64,000 nucleotides of DNA from Octopus vulgaris (taxonomy: Eukaryota): NCBI GenBank assembly GCA_951406725.2, contig OX597820.1, positions 1,302,001-1,366,000 of the forward strand. The letters are read 5' to 3'. The position numbers and the translations under genes were made by a program. The notes under the pieces were generated by a model, which made no database searches, had not been told where the DNA came from, and was given only the letters and a program-made list of their open reading frames with translations. Shown here one piece after another: positions 1 through 12,160 of this stretch; the first letter of the stretch is position 1; each line of letters opens with the position of its first letter.

Positions 1-32
<32 letters not shown>

Positions 33-38
33 CATGTG

Positions 39-70
<32 letters not shown>

Positions 71-73
<3 letters not shown>

Positions 74-1142
74 TAGAGGTGCCACAAAGTAATGTTGCAT
101 TTCATGTGATGCATTTAAATCATCATAAAGCATATCATAAATATATTTATTCGTTTAAAATAGAATTGTCATTGTTAGCAAAGTCATTTTCCTACTTCAA
201 AACCATTTTTCTGATTCTTCAGGCAAAATAGAAACCAGGTTCTTCAGAAGAGAAAAATGTTTGGAGTGCCACCAGTTTGACAATGTTCCTGCTTTTGAAT
301 GTGTTTCCAATTGGTTAAATGTTCAAGGGACCAAAATAAGAGAAAACCTGATGGTTTTAGGTCTTGTGAGTGGAGAGGATGAGTTAGAGCTTCCTAACCA
401 AATGAATTTATCCTTCCTTCGGTTACCTATTTTATTCTTGTGTGGGAACACCTCATGTGGTACCGCTTTTCCTTCTTTATGCACTTTCCCAGTCTGATTG
501 AGATGCTCTTGCACTGTGGACCAAGGTTTATTTAGGGTCTGGGGAAAGTCTCCACTACTTTGACGTGGATCCTCTTCAATGGCTGTTTTCACTGTTTCAT
601 TATTGAGAACAACTGATTCCATAGAGGTCAACTTTGCCTTTCATCCTTTCGAGGTTGATGAAATAAGTACCAGTTACACACTGGGGGTCGATGTAATTGG
701 CTAGCCCTCTTCATCGCCAAAAAATTTTCAAGGCCTTGTGCCTAGAGTAGAAATAATTGTTGAGAACAGTTGGTTTTCCTGATCGACACCCATCCAAATG
801 ATCGAAATCACCATTTTCAGGTTTTTTAAACCTCATTTGGCATTTTCAAACAATCCCACCATCAGGATATACCCTAAACAGGTTTACCCTTGCTCATGTT
901 GCATTGGGTCCCTTATGAAATTTATAAAGCATGCAATGTCAAATATGTTGCTCTTAAAGTTCTCCTTTCCCCAGGGGCCAGCAGAGCATCAACATGCACA
1001 CAGTGTTTGTCCACATTAATGCCTCATCAAAAACTTCTCTGACTCGTTGATTGCAAGACCATCTTTTATTCGCTTAGAAAAAAACCTTGTGGTGACGTCA
1101 GACTATTTACTTGAAATTACATTACTTCTGGTGTCCCTAATA
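71..1142 (-). mobile_element. Internally deleted, degenerate mariner (Tc1/mariner) DNA transposon
   Basis: Minus-strand translation gives I*HCMLYKFHKGPNAT...CQMRFKKPENGDFDHLDGCRSGKPTVLNN (HTH), then ETVKTAIEEDPRQ...GKAVPHEV (WVPHEL motif). It then jumps to G*EALTHPLHSQDLKPSGFLLFWSL (YSPDLAPSD motif). Imperfect TIRs at ~71-105 and ~1107-1142 abut TA. Confidence 0.9.
622..754 (+). mobile_element. SINE family B fragment inserted in the mariner
   Basis: Core gcctttcatcctttcgaggttgatgaaataagtaccag. Flanked by a diverged target duplication, attattgagaacaactg (599) / attgttgagaacagttg (756). Confidence 0.85.
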
Positions 1143-1470
1143 TAATTCCACTTTTCACACATTATTCAATGGATCTATTTTGTCTGTCTCCCTGTCTCCC
1201 ATCCACCAGTCTACCTCTCCATTTATTTATGTCTGTCTATCATTCACTTCTTTCTCAATCTTTTTCAATCATTTCTCTCTGTTTATTACGACAGACTTAG
1301 AAATGCCTTGCAAATGAAAGAATTTAATGCATTACTCAAACCTTTCCTTCCTCACACCCTGCAGAAGATACGGTTTAGTATTTCTCGTTTGCTATTTCTC
1401 TTCCTATCTAATCAGTTCAAGCATGATTCATGGATAGACACAGCTAAATTTACCATTTATACTTCACCTA

Positions 1471-1501
<31 letters not shown>

Positions 1502-1818
1502 TCACTTTCTTTTTCTCTCTTTTTTTTCTTTCAGGATTGTCATCTCCTCTCTCCATCTCTTTCATTCTGTCTACATTTCAGTGTGTGTGTGTGTGTGTAA
1601 CCTCCTCCTCCAATATGTCGGTCACATTGATAGGAAAGTCTACCACACAATCCCCTCATTCTCATTGCTATAAACAGAAGCAATTGCTGTCGTTTCACCC
1701 TTTGCCTCTTCTACGTCTCACATGAGACACAGGAACATATTTGTTCCATGCATATTTCTAATTTGTTTCCAACCACCAGAGTATCTTGGGACTTATGAAA
1801 GGAAAGCTTTATATAATA

Positions 1819-2176
1819 CATGGTTCCGGGTTCAGTCCCACTGCGTGGCACCTTGGGCAAGTGTCTCCTAATATAGCCTCGGGCCGACCAAAGCCTTGTG
1901 AGTGGATTTGGTAGACGGAAACTGAAAGAAGCCCATCGTATATATGCGTGTGTGTGTGTATGTGTGTGTGTCTGTGTTTGTCCCCCCAACATCACTTGAC
2001 AACCGATGCTGGTGTTTTTACGTCCCCTTAACTTAGCGGTTTGGCAAAAGAGACTGATAGAATAAGTACTGGGCTTACAAAGAATAAGTCCTGGGGTCAA
2101 TTTGCACGACTAAAGGTGGTGCTCTAGTATGGCCACAGTCAAATGACTGAAACAAGTAAAAGAGTAAAGAGTAAAG
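1819..2176 (+). mobile_element. tRNA-derived SINE family A (5'-truncated)
   Basis: Matches the full copy at 33990-34400: B-box ggttcagtccc, accttgggcaagtg core, central (TG)n, gagtaaa tail. Confidence 0.9.
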
Positions 2177-2828
2177 CGAATAACACAGAGCATAAACATA
2201 TTCTTTGAAGAGGCAAAGGGTTGCCGTCGCAGAGAGGCTCACAATAAAGACGCATTTTGAACAACACTTCTCAACCCCATCACATCCTGTCTTTTCGAAT
2301 GGACCTGCTCCATCCTTTCCCTGTGCTGTGTGTCACTTGTAATACACAGGACATGTTTCCCTCGTATCTTTGCATCATATAATGATAGATATTCTCCAAT
2401 TGGAGAATATTAAGTATCTTGGGACTTAGAAAGAAGAAAGCTTTATGTTACTCGGAGCCTGTGAAACAAGGGCAAACTGAACGTGTGTAAACAAGCAGGG
2501 ATGGTTAGCACAAAGTTATGAAAAGGCTTTGAGCAGGCAAAGGGTTAAGCAATCCGGTCTAAATTTGTAGCTAAGACCTCAACCAAAGATTGAAATATGA
2601 TTAATCTTTGAAGAATTATCCATCAATTCATTGTACATGATATAAGAAGGTTGATTGATCATCTTTTTAGTTTCCATTGATCTTCAGCACTTCTCTAAGT
2701 CTCCTTCTAGCATTATTAGGGCTATACAGGTATGAAGTTTGAATGTGGCATACCTGATACCTTGAACTTATTCTATTGGTCTTTCTGCCAAATTGCTAGC
2801 TTACAGGGATATAAACAAACCCACACAG

Positions 2829-2862
<34 letters not shown>

Positions 2863-2869
2863 GGAAATC

Positions 2870-3241
2870 GATCAATGGAAATTGCAGATGTGTTACCAGT
2901 GCCGGTGGCATGTAAGAGAACCTTCCGTTTCATGACCGTTGCCAGCACCGCCCCGTTTCGTGTCCGTTGCCAGCCTCGCCTGGCCCTTGTGCCGGTGGCA
3001 CATAAAAAGCACCATCCGTTCGTGGCCGTTTGCCAGCTCTGTCTGGCACCTGTGCGGGTGGCACGTAAAAAGCACCCACTACACTCACGGAGTGGTTGGC
3101 GTTAGGAAGGGCATCCAGCCGTAGAAACACTGCCAGATTTGACTGGGCCTGATGAAGCCTTCTGGCTTCACAGACCCCAGTAGAACCGTCCAACCCATGC
3201 TAGCATGGAAAACGGACGCTAAACGATGATGATGATGATGA
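2870..3241 (+). mobile_element. Retroposon family C with (GAT)n tail
   Basis: gtggttggcgttaggaagggcatccagc...ccgtccaacccatgctagcatggaaaacggacg+(gat)n; many copies in the window. Confidence 0.85.
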
Positions 3242-3260
3242 TATATATATATATATATAT

Positions 3261-3504
3261 TCAACAATTGAGGGTAAAATTAATTAATTATTAATCAATT
3301 TCACCAAGTGTTCAGTATGCAAAGGGACCATTTAAGGCGAATTCAAATTATTACATTATATAAAAGGGCTTAGTAAAATAAATTACTTTGCCGCATACTG
3401 AACTCATTAGAAAAAGTTTTTTAGCTGCTTTTTAGCTGCTATTTCTAATGAGTTCAGTATGCGGCAAAGTAATTTATTTTACTAAGCCCTTTTATATAAT
3501 GTAA
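3261..3504. mobile_element. Fold-back element in (TA)n: 63-bp perfect inverted arms plus a one-sided tail
   Basis: Arms 3351-3413 / 3442-3504, tail 3261-3350, (TA)n on both sides. A second single-arm copy lies at 39879-40033. Confidence 0.85.
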
Positions 3505-3600
3505 AAAAAAAATATATATATATATATATATACACACACATATATATATATAATTATCAGGCAATAATCTAGTACCTCTGCATCGACAAGGCTTGAAAAA

Positions 3601-3861
3601 ATATAGAAAAAGTGAAAGGGATACAGTGTACTTGCCATGAAGAGTGGAATATTGAACATTTCGGGTTCAATCCTTCTTCAGGGGGCAGAGAAAAAGAGAA
3701 GAAAACGATGAAAAAGTCAAACACCTGAGAGGATGTAAACTTTGACTTTCTTTCTCTTTTTCTTCTCTTTTTCTCTGCCCCCTAACAAAGGATTGAATCC
3801 AAAGCATTCAATATTTCACTCCTCCCAGAAAGTTCGCAGGACCCATTTCACTTTTTCTATA
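3601..3861. mobile_element. Diverged fold-back element with HHR-like remnant
   Basis: Inverted arms ~3601-3722 / 3741-3861. Minus strand reads CTGAAGA-A-GGATTGAACCC-GAAATGTT (3657-3681); stem I is not supported. Confidence 0.65.
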
Positions 3862-4667
3862 TATTATATGTAAATGTGATAATTCTCTGTGAAGTAGGAA
3901 ACATGACTAATTGTAATATGAAAAAAGAGATTAAGTTTGAGAGTTCATATCAAAATAGATGATCTTATCAATGATTGGTAGCCATTGGAATGTGGGATCA
4001 AAGGCTATGCCACATTTGTTCCAGAAGTCAAAGTATAAATCTTGTTGAGGTTAACCTTGCTTTTGTGTTCTTTCCCAATCAATAATGAAAACGCTAAGTG
4101 CTGATGCAGCCCCTCTCGATTTCCACCTGCTGATTCCTGGGTTTGCCGATGAGTCGAGGCTGAGAAGGCAAACAAAAAGGTGTGCATGTCAGCATGTGAC
4201 TATATAGACCAGTAGTTCTCAACCGCGGTCCTCAAGTAACCTTCCAGTGACCTCCAATGGTCTTCCCTCTGTAAACTAGCATGGGCATTAAGGACAAACT
4301 TATGAAAAGGGTTTGGTCTGACAAAGGGTTAACAATCTGTTTTGCAAAATAATGTGGAATCTCTGTCTGTCTTGAACGACAGGTTATTCAGCTGTTTGAC
4401 CAACTGAATTCTCATTTGTGAAATTAACATGTAAAAGACTGAGAATCCCACCAGAACAGGTGCTTTTAATGCAATTCCTGGGCCAAATCATTGTGACACA
4501 ATGTGAGAAGGATGGAGCTTATAAGTACAATACAGAGAGGGGGGGGAGAATAGACACCATTTTTGGGCTCCAAAGAGATGAAAGGTAAAGTTGACTTTAC
4601 TGGGATTTGAACTTATAGCACATAATAACCATATCTGCTTAATGAATTATTCTGATATATAAACAAA

Positions 4668-5070
4668 GCACAGGCATGGGCTGTGTGGTTAAAAATCTCA
4701 CTTGGCAACCATGTGGTTTTGGGTTCAGTCCCACTGTGCAACACCTTGGGCAAGGGTCTTCTACTATAGTCCAAGATTAACCAATGTCTTGTGAGTTAAT
4801 TTGGTAGATGGAACCTAAAAGAAGGTTATCATGTGTGTGTATGTGTATGTGTGTCACCACCACCACAACACAACCAGTGTTGCTTTGTGTCCCTATAACT
4901 TATTAAGTTATGGGGACACAAAGCAACAGTTTGGCAAAAGAGACCAATAGAATAAGCAATACACTTAAAAAATAAGTACAAGAATCGATTTGTTTGACTA
5001 AAACCATTGAAGACAGTGCTCCAGCATGGCCACAGTCCAATGACTAAAACCCAGCAAAAGACAAAAGACA
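4668..5070 (+). mobile_element. SINE family A (old, CpG-decayed)
   Basis: Colinear with 33990-34400. Confidence 0.85.
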
Positions 5071-6343
5071 AACGGTATCTAAAACAGATCCACACCTTCA
5101 TCTGTTTTTAGTCCGTTTGGTAAACAGATTTTATTGGTAACAGATTGAAGATGGCCAAAGGTAAACATAACGAATGTGTTGGAAATATTTCAGAGGAGAT
5201 TAATCTACGTTTCTATGGATCAGGTTCATCGTATTTGATCACGGATTAACAGATTGAAGATTGACAACCAATATTTTTGTTTGTTTGTTTTGCATTTTTT
5301 GCTAAAAGTTTAAATAGTGTGTGTAGTGAGTGTATGTATGTGTGTGAGTGTATGTATGTGTAATTTGTGTGTGTACACACGTTTTTATATGCATCATTTA
5401 TTTGGGGGGGGGGGGATATTTGTTCTATATGTTGAAAGACAATTAGACTTACTTTAATGATTCTTCAGCTGCAGAATTTCTTTTCATGGATATTCCTGTG
5501 ATGATGTTAAGTAATAATGTACCAAAATATAGAATTGGGCAGCAAGTGTCTTCTCATTGGTCAACCCTGGGCTGACCAATGCCTTGCAAGTGAATTTGGT
5601 AGATGGAAACCATATGGAAGTCCATCATGTGTGTGTAATTTTTAATGGGCCTCTCAAAGTACATAAAGTAGTAGATAATAGCATATAAATAATTGGATTA
5701 AAAAATCTCAAATGGAAAATATCAAAAGCTGTCCATGGGGCACAAACTCATATCTCGAAAGGATTACTTTGGTATACTGGTAGAACATCTGTCATGTTCA
5801 CAGATGTAGATTTGAATGCCACAGGCAGCCTATGACATTTTCATCCAAGGGTTTTTTCTCTTTTACCTAATATCCATGTGCTATTTACTTGATGCAGGCA
5901 TGGCAGTGTGGTAAGAAGCTTGAATCCCAGCCATGTGATTCCAGGTTCAATCCCACAACATGGCACTGATACTTTTAATTTGTTTTAGTCATTGGACTGT
6001 GACCATGCTGGGGCACTACCTCGAAGGGTTTAGTCGAACAAATCAATCCCAATACTTATTTTTTAAGTCTGGTACAGATTTTCTCTGTCTCTTTTTGGCA
6101 AGTCTTTTACTGAACTCCCAGAATGACCAAAGCCTTATGAGCAGATTTGTTAGATGGAAACTGAAAGAAGCCCATTGTATATGTGTGTGTGTATGTTTCT
6201 GTCTCCTTGTCTTGAAATTGCACGATAGTTGTAAGCAAATATCACCATCATGCAAGCAGTACCCATTTCCAATCTTCTGTGAAAACATTGCTTGGAAACA
6301 GGTGAAGTTTAGCAACAGGAGGACATCTGGCTGTAGGAAAAAG

Positions 6344-6387
<44 letters not shown>

Positions 6388-6534
6388 CTCTAATAATACA
6401 ATTCAACTGAATGATGGTAAACTCATTCCAATAGCTGGAAACCTAAGGGACTGACATGGTCTTCTCATTATACTGATGTTCTGACTGTAATTCACATAGT
6501 ATATTTCACCACCTACACACAATATCCTTTGCTA

Positions 6535-6960
6535 GTCTAGGCACAAGGCCCGAAATTTTTAGGAGATGGGGCCAGTCGATTAGATCAACCCCAGTATCCA
6601 ACTGGTACTTAATTTATTGACCCTGAAACGATGAAGGGCAAAGTCGACCTCGGCAGAATTTGAACACAAAACATAAAGACAGACAAAATACCGCTAAGCA
6701 TTTCGCCTGGTGTGCTAACGTTTCTTATTTCTTTACTGCCCACCAGGGGGCTACACACAGAGAGGACAAACAAGGACAGACAAAGGGATTAAGTCGATTA
6801 TATCGACCCCAGTGCGTAACTGGTACTTATCTAATCAACCCCGAAAGGATGAAAGGCAAAGTCGACCTCAGCGGAATTTGAACTCAGAACGTGGCAGCAG
6901 ATGAAATACTGCTAAGTATTTCGCCTGGTGTGCTAACATTTCTGCCAGCTCACCGCCTTC
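6535..6960 (-). mobile_element. SINE family B, tandem dimer
   Basis: Two successive copies of cccgaaaggatgaaaggcaaagtcgacctcggcggaatttgaactcagaac. Confidence 0.9.
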
Positions 6961-7339
6961 ACCTAAACTCAATATTGAGTATTCTTTCTTCTGTTGACCA
7001 CAATACATACACATAGGCACACACAGCTAAAACCATACTGTGAGCTATTATTTGTGATATTAACAAAGGATTGCTGTTGTGTGGTGGTTGTGTATAAACT
7101 GCAATAAAGTGCAATGTTGCATGGTAACAAATTATAGGAAGTGAAGGGCAGGAGGGAAACAGTGCTGAACCTCATGGAAAGAGAGGAACACAAGACTTAT
7201 CCAGGTGGTGAAAGCAGGGGAAAATGGACAAGCAAGTATCTTCTGCGGCAGACTGAAACTGACCAAAGCCTTGTCAATGGAATTGGTAAATGGAAACTGG
7301 AAGAAGACTGTTGTGTATTCTATTCTTTAGTTCTTTCAT

Positions 7340-7687
7340 TTGTTTCAATTATTTGCCTGTGGCCATGCTGGAGCACTGCGTTTAGTTGAACAAATCAACC
7401 CCAGGACTTATTCTTTGTAAGCCTAGTACTTATTCTATCGGCCTCTTTTTGACGGGACGTAAACATACCAACATCGGTTGTCAAGCAATGGTGGTGGAGG
7501 AGAAACACTCACACACACACACACACACATATACAATGGGCTTCTTACAGTTTCCATTTACCAAATCCACTCACAAGGCTTTGGCCGGACTGAGGCTATA
7601 GTAGAAGATACTTGCCCAAGGTATTACATAGAGGGACTGAACTCAGAACCATGTGGTTGGTAAGCAAGCTATTTACCACGCAGCCAC
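7340..7687 (-). mobile_element. SINE family A
   Basis: Reverse complement of the family A consensus. Confidence 0.85.
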
Positions 7688-7714
7688 AAATATATGTGTA
7701 TGTGTGTGTGAAAG

Positions 7715-7745
<31 letters not shown>

Positions 7746-8078
7746 AACTGAGGTCTCCTTGTCTCAACACGTTATAGTTGTAGATGAGTTTCACCATTGT
7801 ACAGCATGTCTGACTACAAAGACATATTACCTTATTTGGTAACAAGTGGGCGGGGTCTGCCTCAACAAATTCCACCTGATCCATGCAAGCATGGAAAAGG
7901 GGACGTTAAATGATGATACACAATGATGATGGATTTCTTTCAGTTTCACCAACCATGTGCATGTATGTATGTGTGTGTACGTGTAATTGTGCATATATAT
8001 ATACGCACATATCTATATATATGTACATATGCATATATTTATGTATATATACATATACATACATATATATATATACAT

Positions 8079-8109
<31 letters not shown>

Positions 8110-8128
8110 CATACATATATATATACAC

Positions 8129-8199
<71 letters not shown>

Positions 8200-8799
8200 C
8201 ATACACACACATATATATACACACACACACGCATACATGCAGACATGCATATATGGTGCGAGCAGCTCAAAGACAGTTTTTGCAGTCAATTCCCTGGCAA
8301 TCTCTCATGACATTCCGCCACCCTCTCGTTCCTCCACTCCTAACACTGATTACATTGTCAGATATGACGGAATACCTCTCTACTACTTCAATCAAGTCCA
8401 CTATAAAACACCATTTCAACCTACCAAAACTGGCCAGACTTTCACTTTCAGCAGTTTACACTTGCGATGTCCCTTTATCTCTCATCCACTTCTTCAACAT
8501 TTACACATGCAAATATTTATGCCAGCATGCACAGTTCCTTCTTTATATCTCTGTACTAAATAAAGTGTGATGACGTCAAGGAGGATGTCTTTGAAGAATT
8601 GCTGTTTAAAAATTGCTATGAACTGCAGCTTGTGAAGCACACCAGCCATTTGCAGTGAAAGCCACCTACACACAACAGACTACTAAGTCGAGTCACTAAC
8701 TGACGCAACAAACGGTAGTGACTGACTCTGGGTCTGTGATAGCTTAGGAAGCCATCAGGAAGCCAGTGACAGGACAAGAGAACCAGTGAAGAAACTGTC

Positions 8800-9001
8800 T
8801 TAACTCTTTAACCATTTAACCCAGCCATATCTGGGACAGATATGCATCATGTTCAAACCAACCAGATCCAGCCTCTTACACTTACCCTGCAATGTTATAC
8901 TAAAATTAAACAATCACATCAATGAAGTCTTGGAGCTATGAGATAATTCAATGTGAATAAATATTTGATTTTACTGAGTAATCTAAGTGCTAAAGGATTA
9001 A
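8800..9001. mobile_element. piggyBac-like MITE
   Basis: TTAA-ctctttaaccattta ... taagtgctaaagga-TTAA: imperfect TIRs with a TTAA target duplication. Confidence 0.65.
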
Positions 9002-10339
9002 CAGATTAGATTTGTCTGCCAGAGTGAGGTGCTAAAACTGGGCTGTGTCCCATATAAAAGGGTAATAGTGAAAATGTCCCTAGTGGTAGCACAAACAACA
9101 ATCGCCACAACCGGTTTATCTGACAAATGCTAGAATGCTTTCAGCCATGGGTTTGATTAGTCAGTGTTGGCCTAAGAGTAACAACAATAACCATCTTTTT
9201 TTATGATGATAAAGATCTGCACACTCTGTAAAGTGGTTAGCATTTGGAAGGGCATCCAGCTGTAGAAAACCATGCCAAATCAGACAATGGAACCTGGGTG
9301 GCTCCTGGCCTTGCCAGCTCCAGTCAAACTATCCAACCCATGCCAGCGTGGAAAACAAACATTAAATGATGGTGATGAAGGTCCAAATATCATTTTCTCT
9401 CCTAGAACCTGATTCAATATAAGCTCCATCCATCTGGGTACAATGCTATTGTGATGAGTCTCCAATCATCACATCACTCCAGTAAACATTGCTGACCTAT
9501 TACAGTTGGCCAAAGATGCTGTTTCCTACCATGAAAAGGCCAGAGACAGGCAGACCAATGAGATGTCAGTTTGGCACAGCCATTTTGGCATGAGGCATCT
9601 CAATGTTCCTCTCATTCTCTCCTTCCCCTCCTTTCTCTCTCTCTCTTTCTCTCGCTGTATGTGTATATTTGTGTGTGTGTGCATGTGTATTTCTGCATAT
9701 GTATGTGTGTGTGCCAAAATGTACAGCTGCTAGAATAGGTTGAATGTCCAGTCAGCCATGTCAAATTATCAGCATTCAAACAGCAACGCCCAATTGTCTC
9801 ATTTCGTTCTGTGATCGAGTTACAAGCTTGCAATTTCTTTTCCAAATCATTAGGGCTTTGAACAAGAAAAAAAAAAAAGAAACCTTCTGGATTTTTACAT
9901 TCCAAGTTCAAATCCTGCTGCCTCTCACCTTTCCATGCTTAATAAAATGAAGTACTAATCAAGCACTGGAGCCAATATAATTAATTTCTCTCTTTCTTCA
10001 AGTTTGAAGCCTTGCATCTGTGTAAAACAATCACTCCTGATGAAAGGGACTGTATTAGCTAAAGTGCATAAGATGCACTTCTGCAAAGACACACCCTTTT
10101 TTATGAGCATATTTTGTAGAAAAGAAAACAAATTTAGTATGTCTCATCATACATTTATTAAAAGATATTTTAAAGTGGTTTTGTAAAGAAAACAGTATGA
10201 TTCTGTGCATGTAACTATAATTCTGTGACAGAATACCGGAATAAAGTATGAAACTTTATCTTATACAAAATACGTTATGATTCACATTATTTACCTTATT
10301 TACATTTGACAGATATTTGTCCTCATCTTGTTTGTTGTT

Positions 10340-10385
10340 AACACAATGTTTCAACTGATATACACTCCAGCCTTCATCAGGTGTC
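10340..10385 (-). ncRNA. Minimal type I hammerhead ribozyme motif (CpG-decayed)
   Basis: GACAC-CTGATGA-A-GGCTG-gagtgtatat-CAGTT-GAAAC-ATT-GTGTT. Stem I GACAC/GTGTT, stem II GGCTG/CAGTT. GAAACGTT to GAAACATT fits CpG decay. The mirror copy at 11258-11303 has CCGATGA. Confidence 0.7.
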
Positions 10386-10444
10386 TTGGGGGAAATTTCG
10401 AACCTGAGGTATTTTTCGATGTTATTATTATTTATTTATTTATT

Positions 10445-11040
10445 TATTTATCATCATCATCATCATCATCATCATCATTATTTAGTGAGAGAGCAGTGCA
10501 TGCCATCAAAGTGACACTGGGGTAAAATATACGAAGCCCAGTATACCCATCATGACTACCGTCTGATAAGGATACACCAGGCACATGCATCACAACCATA
10601 TGTGCACGACATGGTGATCTCATAACAAGATAAACAGCGCAAGACCTTGCGGGTGGGGCCCAGTTAGAATTTTCTTCTGGTCGGGTAACCCATCCCACTC
10701 AAAAGGTCTCTGATTAAGGGTTGTTTAAGGATGTTGAATGAAACATCCATTTTTCCAAAGGTGAATCATTCAAACCCCAAAGAATCCCTCTCAACACATG
10801 GCTATGATGCTTCCCCACTACTTCTACTCGTGATCAGAGATGCACATATCGTCAGCCACTAAGGGACATGCTCAACTGGTTAAGGTCAAACAACTGACAA
10901 GCAAATCTGTGGTATTGAGCAGAATATTTGCTGTAGCCCATCTTTTATACCAAGACAAAACAATGTACATGATAACACTTCCAGTCAGTTAAGATCAGAA
11001 GCCATGAGAGCCGCTGCCTGGTACTGCATCAGGGCATTTA
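10445..11040 (-). mobile_element. Unclassified retroposon-like insert with (GAT)n tail nested in the (AAT)n linker
   Basis: About 560 bp of complex sequence between (TCA)n and (TTA)n tracts, interrupting the element above. Confidence 0.5.
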
Positions 11041-11043
11041 TTA

Positions 11044-11096
<53 letters not shown>

Positions 11097-11102
<6 letters not shown>

Positions 11103-11178
11103 ATCGCTGCCTGGAATCGAACTTGGAATCTTGGGGTTAGTAGCCCATGCTCTTAACCACTACGCCATATGCCCGTGT
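11097..11178 (-). promoter_or_regulatory. tRNA-derived Pol III internal promoter (SINE head, not a functional tRNA)
   Basis: GGGCATATGGCGTAGTGGTTAAGAGCATGGGCTACTAACCCCAAGATTCCAAGTTCGATTCCAGGC: A-box TGGCGTAGTGG, B-box AGTTCGATTCC. The acceptor stem does not close. Confidence 0.8.
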
Positions 11179-11393
11179 AATAATAATATTAATAATAATA
11201 ATAATAAACATTGAAAAATACCTTAGGAATGAGAACCCAGGTTCGAAATTTCCCCAAGACACCCGATGAAGGCTGGAGGGTATATCAGCAGAAACATTGT
11301 GTTAAAAACAAACAAGATGAGGACAAGTATCTGTCAAATGTAAATAATATAAATAATGTACATAATTCCTCATCTCTTAAATATAGAACTGTA

Positions 11394-11960
11394 CATGATA
11401 TGACTATTGCACTTCAGTTTTATCTTCTTTCAGATCAACAGTTTTAGTTGATTATATTTGGGTCCAGAGAACTGTCATACAAGATGTAAAACTCATATTT
11501 ATGGCTGTGATGTTTATTGTTACTGTGATTGGCCACCAGGGTGGTGCACCACTGCTATGATTTTGTTGTCATCCACTCATTGCAAATGGCTGACTGGTAG
11601 CCGAAAGTTTAACATTGCTTTCTTCTTTCCAGGAGAGTTTTTCATTTAGATAATTAAAAAATGTTTCTTAAAAGTATTACAGCCATTAAACAATGTAAGA
11701 CGCAGATCAAGTGTGGGTTACGTATGCTGGGGAAGAGGTTATAATGAGATGATGTGACGTCTCCTCATAACTGCTGACATACCATAAGCAATCTTTCTTA
11801 AGTTTGTGTCAACAATTTGCAATAATTTGGCTCGTTTCCATTATTATATTATTAGTAACAATTACTGTGTCTAGCAAATTTATGCTTATCCAGATCACAA
11901 CACCCAGTCTTTAGTCCTTAATATGGCCACATTAGATGCTGCAGGGATATTTTTGATATC
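11394..11960. repeat. Interspersed repeat homologous to 55160-55680 (its left part is at ~10235-10295)
   Basis: Shared tggctgtgatgttta..ggccaccagggtggtgcaccactgctatgattttgttgtcatc and ggaataaagtatgaaa. Confidence 0.85.
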
Positions 11961-12080
11961 TTCATTGTTTATCTTTTACTTGTTTCTGGGATTTGAATGA
12001 ATCCATGGTCAGAATTTTAATTTAGGATTGCAAAGAACCAGAACAGACACCACAAGACATCTGCTCTCACACCAATGATT

Positions 12081-12160
12081 CCACTAATCTCCATCTAATC
12101 CATTAATCTCCATCTAATCCACTAGTCTCCATCTAATCCACTAATATCCATCTAATCCAC
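12081..12160. repeat. 19-bp minisatellite x4 (ccactaatctccatctaat)
   Basis: Read directly. Confidence 0.9.

Larger units (their letters stand above)
10297..11393 (-). mobile_element. tRNA-headed, hammerhead-carrying retroposon with an inverted partial copy (Penelope-like pLTR architecture)
   Basis: On the minus strand: tRNA-like head 11178-11097, (AAT)n, nested insert, then body with HHR 10432-10297. An inverted + copy of the body at 11200-11347 has an extra tail to 11393. Confidence 0.8.

Noticed and set aside
11097-11178. tRNA-Ser(ACT) gene
   Set aside because: The acceptor and T stems do not pair; it behaves as a SINE head.
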